DNA of 64,000 bases from Macrostomum lignano (lineage: Eukaryota). The stretch's first letter is position 1, and each line of letters opens with the position of its first letter. Below are positions 54,301 to 64,000 of this stretch, piece by piece. The notes beneath the pieces are model-generated. The model was given only the letters and a program-made list of their open reading frames with translations. It searched no databases and was not told the origin of the DNA. The stretch spans positions 1 to 64,000 of the forward strand of contig NIVC01001911.1 of the NCBI GenBank assembly GCA_002269645.1, in the 5' to 3' direction. The position numbers and the translations under genes are program-made.

Positions 54301-56849
54301 CTTCATCTCCTCTCATTCCGGTCTCTCCCTTCATCTCCTCTCATTTCGGTCTCTCCCTTCATCTCCTCTCATTCCGGTCTTTCCCTTCATCTCCTCTCAT
54401 TCCGGTCTCTCCCTTCATCTCCTCTCATTTCGGTCTCTCCCTTCATCTCCTCTCATTCCGGTCTCTCCCTTCATCTCCTCTCATTCCGCTCTCTCCCTTC
54501 ATCGCCTCTTACTCTACCTTCTTCCTTCACTCTACTCTAATCCCTTCACTCTACTCTCTAATCTCCTATCACTCTACTCTCTAATCTCCTATCACTCTAC
54601 TATCTAATCTCCTATCACTCTACTCTTTAATCTCCTATCACTCTACTCTCTAATCTCCTATCACTCTACTCTCAAATCTCTTATCACTCTACTCTCCAAT
54701 CTCCCCTCACTCTACTCTCCAATCTCCCATCATCTCCTCTCATTTCGGTCTCCCCCTTCATCTCCTCTCATTCCGCTCTCTCCCTTCATCGCCTCTTACT
54801 CTACCTTCTTCCTTCACTCTACTCTAATCCCTTCACTCTACTCTCTAATCTCCCATCACTCTACTCTCTAATCTCCTATCACTCTATCTACTCTCTAATC
54901 TCCTATCACTCTACTCTCTAATTTCCTATCACTCTACTCTCTAATCTCCTATCACTCTACTCTCTAATCTCCTATCACTCTACTCTCTAATCTCCTATCA
55001 CTCTACTCTCAAATCTCCCATCACTCTACTCTCAAATCTCTTATCACTCTACTCTCCAATCTCCCCTCACTCTACTCTCCAATCTCCCTTCATCTCCTCT
55101 CATTTCGGTCTCCCCCTTCATCTCCTCTCATTCCGCTCTCTCCCTTCATCGCCTCTTACTCTACCTTCTTCCTTCACTCTACTCTAATCCCTTCACTCTA
55201 CTCTCTAATCTCCCATCACTCTACTCTCTAATCTCCTATCACTCTATCTACTCTCTAATCTCCTATCACTCTACTCTCCAATCTCCCTTCACTCTACTCT
55301 CCAATCTCCCTTCACTCTACTCTCCAATCTCCCTTCACTCTACTCTCCAATCTCCCTTCACTCTACTCTCCAATCTCCCTTCACTCTACTCTCCAATCTC
55401 CCTTCACTCTACTCTCCAATCTCCCTTCACTCTACTCTCCAATCTCCCATCACTCTACTCTCCAATCTCCCTTCACTCTACTCTCCAATCTCCCTTCACT
55501 CTACTCTCCAATCTCCCTTCACTCTAATCTCTAATCTCCCCTCACTCCACTAATTACCATGAACAGATCCGCGCAGCTGGGCAGCAGCTCCGTTCCCCGA
55601 TCCAGCGGAGCCGACACGTCCTGCGTCCAGCGTTGCAACATTTCGGCTAAATTTCTATCCACAGAATCTGTATAGAGACCCAGATGGGGCGCGAAGCACT
55701 GCGATATTGCCCCAGTGAACAGCTGCTCCGCTGCTTGCTGAGTCGATGAAGCCGACGGGTCAGCTGCCGATGATGGATCCTCTTTCTCTTTGAATGCCGT
55801 TACTACCTGGGATGTTTTAACAATTATAATGAAATTTATTATTGACAATTCAGGCTTTTATTTGCTACTTAAAAGTAGCATGCATACAATATGATTCGAT
55901 AAACTGTTTGCTATCTAAAACATGCTCGGCATTATTATAATTTTATGACTATCATTTATAAAGCAAATCAAAAGGCAACAGGCTACCCAGGGAAGTCGGC
56001 AAACTTTGGCCCGCGAAGCCTCTCGATCCGGCCCTCAGGTCCTTTGAAACTTCACAATAGCAATCCGGCCCACTCAAGATTCACGTCTCTTCTCTTCTCT
56101 CCATTCTCTCCTCTCTTCTCTCCATTCTCTCCTCTCTTCTCCTCTCCGCTTCCCTCCACTCTCCCTTCTCTCTTCTCACCTCTCTCCCTTCTCTCTTCTC
56201 TCCCTTCTCTCCTCTCTTCTCTCCCTTCTCTCTTCTCTTCCTCCTCTCCCCTTCTTCTCTATTCTCTCCTCTCTCCCTTCTCTCTCCCCTCCCTTCTCTC
56301 TTGTCTCCTTTCCCCCTTCTCTTTGTCCTTTGTTCCCTCTCCTTTCCTATCTCATCTGGCCATCTTCCAGATTATTTATTTGGTCCCTCGGGTAAAATAA
56401 GCTCGTCAACCCCTGGTCTAACCTGACTTTCTATTGTAAGGAAATGCCCGAAAAAGCAGGAAAAGCTACAACATACTACACAAAGCTCTAAAATAGAAAT
56501 AAATGCAGCTAAGCTAAATTCACCGCTAAGCTGCTTTCCCGACCTTCTATATCTAAGTATTTAGCACTCACCTGCTCCTCAAACAGCCGAGTCCTTTCGA
56601 CAGCAAATAGCAACAATTTCACGTCTAATTCTTTGGCTCGCTTCTGCATCAGGACCTTTAATTGAGACCGGGTGATGTCGCAGAACTCTTTCACTAGGCG
56701 CTGGGTGACGCGCCAATTTGACGGGAACAGGCGTGCGTAGCGCTCCTCGAAGCCCAGCACGAATTTCTTCATCCAGCCGAAGCGGCTGTCAATCTGGGAC
56801 AATAATTGGGAGAAGCATTTTATAGATAGATGGATACATAGACAGACAA

Positions 56850-56884
<35 letters not shown>

Positions 56885-56894
56885 TATAGTAGAT

Positions 56895-56925
<31 letters not shown>

Positions 56926-56926
56926 C

Positions 56927-56973
<47 letters not shown>

Positions 56974-56974
56974 C

Positions 56975-57013
<39 letters not shown>

Positions 57014-57014
57014 C

Positions 57015-57066
<52 letters not shown>

Positions 57067-57086
57067 GGATAGATAGATAGATACCG

Positions 57087-57163
<77 letters not shown>

Positions 57164-57164
57164 G

Positions 57165-57195
<31 letters not shown>

Positions 57196-60100
57196 GGATA
57201 GATAGATAGATAGATAGACAGATGGATAGATAGATGGACATATAAATAAATAGATGGATAGATGGATAGTCAGTCAATCAGTCAGTCAGTCAGTCACCCA
57301 CTCACTCAAGTCAGTCAGTCAGCCAGTCAGTCAGTCAGTCAGTCACCCACTCACTCAAGTCAGTCAGTCAGTCAGTCAGTCAGTCAGTCAATCACCCACT
57401 CACTCAAGTCAGTCAGTCAGTCAGTCAGTCAGTCAGTCAGTCAGTCAGTCAGTCAGTCACCCACTCACTCAAGTCAGTCAGTCAGTCAGTCAGTCAGTCA
57501 GTCAATCACCCACTCACTCAAGTCAGTCAGTCAGTCAGTCAGTCAGTCAGTCAGTCAGTCAGTTAGTCAGTCAGTCAGCCAGTCAGCCAGTCAGACAATG
57601 CCGGATTTATCATTAACACACTAACCTTGGTCAGCCAGGCCGCCTCCTGAGTCTCCTCAAACAGCACCGCATACTCTGCCAGTTGTTGTTGAACAAATTT
57701 ATCCAGCACCTCGGTTCGAACTCGGAAGTCCATCAGGTCGGCAAGTCTGCAACAGGCCTCCACTTGGCCTCTCTGCTGCTGCAGCTCCCTAGGCGGCCCA
57801 GTCAACAAGTCGCGTAATTCCGTTTTAACTCGACCACTGAGTTCCGCTTCTAATGAGCGCGCCTCGTTGCGCAGCTGCTGCAGCTGGGGGATGTCCATGA
57901 ACCGGTCCAGCCCCGCCGTGACCTCGTGGATCTGAGAGCCGGGTGTGCGGTGGACGATTCTGCACACCCACTGTGTCCCCAATTTGTGAATCTGCCACTC
58001 TCCAATTAGTGAATCTGTCTCTGATTTGTGAATCTGCCTCTCCAGTTTGTGAACCTGTCTCTGATTTGTGAATCTTCTGTCTCTCCAATTTGTGAACCTG
58101 TCTCTGATTTGTGAATCTGCCACTCTCCAATTTGTGAATCTGCCTCTCCAGTTTGTGAACCTGTCTCTGATTTGTGAATCTTCTGTCTCTCCAATTTGTG
58201 AACCTGTCTCTGATTTGTGAATCTGCCACTCTCCAATTTGTGAATCTGCCTCTCCAGTTTGTGAACCTGTCTCTGATTTGTGAATCTTCTGCCTCTCCAA
58301 TTTGTGAACCTGTCTCTGATTTGTGAATCTGCCACTCTCCAATTTGTGAACCTGTCTCTGATTTGTGAATCTTCTGCCTCTCCAATTTGTGAACTTGTCT
58401 CTGATTTGTGAATCTGCCACTCTCCAATTTGTGAACCTGTCTCTGATTTGTGAATCTTCTGCCTCTCCAATTTGTGAACCTGTCTCTGATTTGTGAATCT
58501 CCACTCTCCAATTTGTGAATCTGCCTCTCCAATTTGTGAACCTGTCTCTGATTTGTGAATCTGCCTCTCCAATTAGTGAATCTTCTGCCTCTCCAGTTTG
58601 TGAATCTGCCTCTCCAATTAGTGAATCTTCTGCCTCTCCAATTAGTGAATCTTCTGCCTCTCCAATTAGTGAATCTTCTGCCGCTCCAATTTGTGAATCT
58701 GCCTCTCCAATTTGTGAATCTACCTCTCCAATTTGTGAATCTGCCTCTCCAATTTGTGAATCTTCTGCCGCTCCAATTTGTGAATCTGCCACTTTCCAAA
58801 TTGTGAATCTGCCTCTCGAATTTGCGAATCGAGAATAAATTAAATCTACTTTTTTAATTTGTGAATCTACCTCTCCAATTTGTGAATCTGCCTCTCCAAT
58901 TTGTGAATCTGCCTCTCCAATTTGTGAATCTGCCTCTCCAATTTGTGAATCTGCCTCTCCAATTTGTGAATCTACCTCTCCAATTTGTGAATCTGCCTCT
59001 CCAATTTGTGAATCTGCCTCTCCAATTTGTGAATCTGCCTCTTCAATTTGTGAATCTGCCTCTCCAATTTGTGAATCTGTCTCTTTAATTTGTGAATCTG
59101 CCTCTCTAATCTGTGAATCTGCTTTTTTCAATTTGTGAATCTGCCTTCCAAATTTTCGCCCTTGCCTCACCACCTGCTCCAATGGTGAATACATCTTCTC
59201 TCAGACGGAGTAAACTAACCAGTACCTTACACTAAGATAGAATATTCACCTTGCCAAGGCACTGAGCCAACGCATCGTAGGGTCGATCATTTCTCAGCAT
59301 CAGCGCTTTCATTTCGTCGACGCCATTAATCAAAATGACAACCTGATTAAGCGCCGTAATACTGCCAGTCAGGTTCCGTTTAGCCGTGTCTAATCTGCGG
59401 ATGTCCCTAGTCAGGTCCAGCACTGCGGCCTCCGAGCGGTCGGCGCGTTCTTTGATGTCTCGCATCCGATCAAACAGGTCGGCTATGGCGGCTCGAGCCG
59501 CGTCGATGGCCGTGCAACTGTCGTCTGTGAGGTCGCTGCTGCCGCCGTCGTCGTTGGTGGCTGCGGCTGACTGACTCGATGCGGATTCACCCTGGATTTA
59601 TTAAAAGGTTGCATTGATTAAATAGTAAAATAATTATAGGTGTCTCTGTCTACTTTGACAACCCAAGGATCTGGAGGGAGTGGCGACTGGCCCAGCAACT
59701 GAGGATCTGGGGGAGGCTGGCCCAGCAACTGAGGATCTGGGAGGCTGGTCCAACAACTGAGGATTTGGGAGGCTGGCCCTGCAACTGACCTTCTGGGCGA
59801 CTGGCCCAGCAACTGAGGATTTGGGAGGCTGGCCCAGCAACTGAGGATTTGGGAGGCTGGCCCTGCAACTGAGGATTTGGGGGAGGCTGGCCCAGCAACT
59901 GAGGATTTGGGAGGCTGGTCCAACAACTGAGGATTTGGGAGGCTGGTCCAGCAACTGAGGATTTGGGAGGCTGGCCCTGCAACTGACCTTCTGGGCGACT
60001 GGCCCAGCAACTGAGGATTTGGGAGGCTGGCCCAGCAACTGAGGATTTGGGAGGCTGGCCCAGCAACTGAGGATTTGGGAGGCTGGCCCAGCAACTGAGG

Positions 60101-63100
60101 ATTTGGGAGGCTGGCCCTGCAACTGACCTTCTGGGCGGCTGGCCCAGCAACTGAGGATCTGGGAGGCTGGCCCAGCAACTGAGGATTTGGGAGGCTGGCC
60201 CAGCAACTGAGGATTTGGGAGGCTGGTCCAGCAACTGAGGATTTGGGAGGCTGGCCCTGCAACTGACCTTCTGGGCGGCTGGCCCAGCAACTGAGGATCT
60301 GGGAGGCTGGCCCAGTAGCTAAGGATCTGGGAGGCTGGTCCAGCAACTGAGGATCTGGGAGGCTGGTCCAGCAACTGAGGATCTGGGAGGCTGGTCCAGC
60401 AACTGAGGATCTGGGAGGCTGGTCCAGCAACTGAGGATCTGGGAGGCTGGCCCAGCAACTGAGGATCTGGGAGGCTGGCCCAGCAACTGACACTCTGGGA
60501 GGCTGGCCCAGCAACTGGGGATCTGGGAGGCTGGCCCAGTAGCTGAAGATCTGGGAGGCTGGCCCAGTAGCTGAGGATCTGGGAGGCTGGCCCAGCAACT
60601 GAGGATCTGAGAAGGTACTTACGCCAGGGTACAATACTATACACTACCAAAAAAGGCACAAAATCAATCCTTCCTATATACTAAAAATGAAAATCTTGCT
60701 TGTTTGTACGCAATCGATTAGAGAAAAAATGGCTGGACCGATTTTCTTCGAGCTTGCACTGTTCGATCAGAAATTTTCCCGTGACGGTACATGCATCTTG
60801 GCTAAGAAATTGCTCGATGCTAAAGGCATTAAATATTCGAAAAACATGCTTTTTTGCAAAGGTCAAGCAAACTTTTCGACTTGAAATGCATTGTAATAAT
60901 GTTAGTGAAAAAACTGACTGGTTGAATTCTGATTCTGAAATAGATTGCATCATAACTGAATTGTAACTCCAGCTTGAATTGAAAATGCAGTGTGGAAGCG
61001 TAGCACCAGACTTGATTTAAATTGCGTAACCATATTGTTAACTGATACTGACTGACTGAGAAACTGATTATGTCATAACTGCTTCGTGTGATTTACTTTA
61101 TGCTTGGATTTTAAAGTGTTGAATTATATAAGTGCAAAATTGATGTTATCAAAACGATGAGAGCTAGCCTAGAGGTGAACAAACTGAACTGCTAAATGCA
61201 GAGACGATGGTTCGAATTTTCATAGAGTATAATTTTTTAATTAAAGCTTTTCAACGTCAGGAAAACTAAAAGACTTTTTAAAAAGAATCGTCATGTAAAA
61301 ATCATAGAAGCGTCATTTAAAAAATCAAAAAAGCGTCATGTAAACAATCATAGAAGCGTCATGTAAACAATCATAGAAGCGTCATTTAAAAAATCAAAAA
61401 AGCGCCATGTAAACAATCATAGAAGCGTTTTATAAAAATCATAGAAGCGTCATTTTTAAAAAATCATAGAAGCGTCATGTAAACAATCATAGAAGCGTCA
61501 TGTAAACAATCATAGAAGCGTCATTTAAAAAATCATAGAAGCGCCATGTAAAAAATCGTAGTAGCGTTATATAAAAATCATAGAAGCGTCATTTTTTAAA
61601 AATCATAGAAGCGTCATGTAAACAATCATAGAAGCGTCATGTAAACAATCATAGAAGCGTCATTTTTAAAAAATCATAAAAGCGTCATGTAAACAATCAT
61701 AGAAGCGTCATGTAAACAATCATAGAAGCGTCATGTAAACAATCATAGAAGCGTCATGTAAAAAATCCTAGAAGCGTCATGTAAACAATCATAGAAGCGT
61801 CATGTAAAAATCATAGAAGCGTCATGTAAACAATCATAGAAACGTAATGTAAACAATCATAGAAGCGTCACGAAACAATCATAGAAGCGTCATGTAAACA
61901 ATCATAGAAGCGTCATGTAAACAATCATAGAAGCGTCATGTAAAAATCATAGAAGCGTCATGAAGCAATCATAGAAGCGTCATGTAAAAATCATAAAAGC
62001 GTCATGTAAACAATCATAGAAGCGTCATGTAAACAATCATAGAAGCGTCATGTAAACAATCATAGAAGCGTCATGTAAACAATCATAGAAGCGTCATGTA
62101 AAAATCATAGAAGCGTCATGAAAAAATCATAGAAGCGTCATATAAAAATCATAGAAGCGTCATGTAAAAAATCATAGAAGCGTCATGTAAACAATCATAG
62201 AAGCGTCATGTAAAAATCATAGAAGCCTCATGTAAAAATCATAGAGGCGTCATGAAACAATCATAGAAGCGTAATGTAAACAATCATAGAAGCGTCATGT
62301 AAAAAATCATAGAAGCGTCATGTAAACAATCATAAAAGCGTCATGTAAACAATCATAAAAGCGTCATGTAAACAATCATAGAAGCGTCATTTAAAAAATG
62401 GTAGAAGCGTCATGTAAACAATCATAGAAGCGTCATGTAAACAATCATAGAAGCGTCATATAAACAATCATAGAAGCGTCATATAAAAATCATAGAAGCG
62501 TCATGTAAACAATCATAGAAGCGTCATGTAAAAATCATAGAAGCCTCATGTAAAAATCATAGAGGCGTCATGAAACAATCATAGAAGCGTCATGTAAACA
62601 ATCATAGAAGCGTCATATAGAAATCATAGAAGCGTCATGTAAAAAATCATAGAAGCGTCATGTAAACAATCATAGAAGCGTCATGAAAAAATCATAGAAG
62701 CCTCATTTAAAAACTAAGGAAAGTGTTATTTAAAAAATTAAGAAGCATCATGGTAGAATAAAAGAAGCGTCATGTCAGACATGAAGGGTGTCATGTAAAA
62801 ATTAAATGCAGCTATAATGCTGTGCTGGGAAGAAAAACTGAGACGTAAAGGCTCTCAGAGAATAACTGAGATTACGGGGGGGGGCTTCTGAGATGTCAAA
62901 GCAAAGTTCAGAAGCGACTTCAAAGTTCATGCACTTTACTCAATTTTTTTATTGCATTCTTTGTTGGCTCGCCACTGGGGGGTGCTGATAGAAAAAGAGT
63001 CATGTAAAAAATAAAAGTAGCACTATGTATACATAAAAGAAAAGTCATGTCGAAGTTAAAAGATTCATTTGGGAATTGCTACGATGTCAAAGCTAGGTGG

Positions 63101-64000
63101 AAATCGTTATAGTGCTGTGATTCTTAAAGAAGGAATCACTAAAATGTCAAGGCTTAGGGGAGAAGAATTGCTGAGATTTCAAGGCTTTAGGGTGGGTTAA
63201 AGTTAGGTTTAGGTCAGGTGTGGGTTGAGGGTTATATTTTATCGGGTTTCAAGGTTAACAGGGGATTTTTTAGATTTCAAGGTTTATGGGGGCCATCGCT
63301 GACATGTCAAGGCTTACGAGGGGAATAGCTGAGATGTCAAGGCTCACGGGGGTATAAATGAGATTTCAAGGCTAAAGTCAGAAGCTACATGTAGTTTATT
63401 GAAAACTTTTTATTACATTATTTGATGCCTCCTCAGGGGAGGGATCGCTGATAAAAAAAGCGTTATGTAAAAAATAAAAGAAGCTTCATGTCGAAGTTAA
63501 GAGATTCATTTGGGAATCCCTACGATGTCGAGGCTTGCAGGGAATCGCAATAATGCTGTAGCAGTGCTATAATGACTCTTAGAGAGAATTACTGAAATGT
63601 CAATGCTTTAGGGTTAGGTTAGGGTTAGGGTTAGGGTTAGGGTTAGGCTAGGGTTAGGGTTAGAAGGTTGACAGATTTTTTAGATTTCCAAGGCTTATTG
63701 GGGGCATTGCTGAGATGTCAAGGGGGGAGTTGATATGTTAAAGCTTGTGGGGGGGAATTACTGACATGTCAAGGCTTACAAGGTTTGACAGGAGATTTTT
63801 TAAGATTTCAAGGATACATGTAGCTTATTAAAAAAACGTGTATTGCATTTCTTTGGCTCCCCAACGGGGGGCGTAGATTGCTAGTAAATGATCTACAATT
63901 ACCTGAACAGCCACGCGCAGCTCAGAATCCAGCTGTGCAATCTGAGCCCTGATGCCAGACAGAACATCGTCAAGCCCAGCTAGGCTCTGCTCAGTAGGAA
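51320..64000 (-). CDS. VPS53: Vacuolar protein sorting 53 (GARP/EARP subunit), 5'-partial
   Basis: Exons >64000-63903, 59591-59250, 57931-57626, 56793-56572, 55806-55558, 54166-53786, 52843-52409, 51739-51320; all phase 0. Landmarks [77 protein letters not shown]. Confidence 0.96.
51825..52322. repeat. Minisatellite, 30-bp unit (AGAAAATCTCACCCATGAG core)
   Basis: Direct reading; last VPS53 intron. Confidence 0.95.
52960..53700. repeat. Degenerate minisatellite, about 24-bp unit AAAGGGGAATCCCTAACTATTAA
   Basis: Direct reading. Confidence 0.85.
54235..55530. repeat. Compound pyrimidine-rich minisatellite with higher-order duplication
   Basis: About 29-bp (TCTCCCTTCATCTCCTCTCATTCCGGTC) and about 23-bp (CTCTACTCTCCAATCTCCCTTCA) units; 360-bp block duplication. 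Confidence 0.9.
55988..56415 (+). mobile_element. hAT-type MITE (CAGGG...CCCTG) with internal CT microsatellite
   Basis: Starts CAGGGAAGTCGGCAAACTTTGGCCCGCG, ends GCTCGTCAACCCCTG; related pieces at 28735 and 43069. No exact 8-bp TSD. Confidence 0.65.
56820..57595. repeat. (GATA)n array followed by (CAGT)n array
   Basis: GATA 56820-57265, CAGT 57265-57595; together they fill a VPS53 intron. Confidence 0.95.
57980..59150. repeat. Minisatellite, 21-25-bp units (TTTGTGAATCTGCCTCTCCAA core)
   Basis: Direct reading; VPS53 intron. Confidence 0.93.
59685..60610. repeat. Minisatellite, 28-bp unit GGGAGGCTGGCCCAGCAACTGAGGATTT
   Basis: Direct reading. Confidence 0.95.
60672..60860 (+). mobile_element. 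Helitron-like non-autonomous element 5' end (fragment)
   Basis: TCCTATATACTAAAAATGAAAATCTTGCTTGTTTGTACGC...AATGGCTGGACCGATTTT resembles remembered invertebrate non-autonomous Helitron 5' ends; 3' end not identified. Confidence 0.4.
61290..62715. repeat. Minisatellite, about 23-bp unit AATCATAGAAGCGTCATGTAAAC
   Basis: Direct reading. Confidence 0.95.
63608..63663 (+). repeat. Interstitial telomeric-type (TTAGGG)n tract
   Basis: About 9.5 units, six perfect TTAGGG, inside a VPS53 intron. Confidence 0.9.

Overview
Eukaryotic (animal) nuclear DNA. GC-rich exons, Gly/Ser/Ala homopolymer runs, a different minisatellite in nearly every intron and TTAGGG repeats suggest the flatworm Macrostomum (inference, not verified). 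Five host genes, all on the minus strand, were reconstructed by hand from splice signals and frame continuity: (1) an invertebrate claudin of the pickel/megatrachea type (2 exons, exon 2 carries three frameshifts); (2) a MEGF6-like secreted protein (signal peptide, EMI, 9 EGF/EGF-Ca, about 24 laminin-type EGF; up to 23 coding exons, about 1660 aa); (3) an unrecognised single-exon single-pass membrane protein; (4) SHQ1 (4 exons); (5) VPS53 (8 exons visible, 5' end outside the window). Mobile DNA: an intact DD37E (TRT-type) Tc1 transposon with inner terminal repeats, two CORE-like tRNA SINEs, a mariner-type MITE, a small foldback MITE, a hAT-type MITE family carrying CT microsatellites, and a Helitron-like end. 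Most long ORFs in the supplied track are shadows of tandem repeats. Best leads: a possible VPS53-SHQ1 trans-spliced operon, the orphan membrane protein, a phase-1 micro-exon cassette and GC-AG intron in MEGF6, a MEGF6 last exon apparently taken from a MITE, and the intact TRT element.
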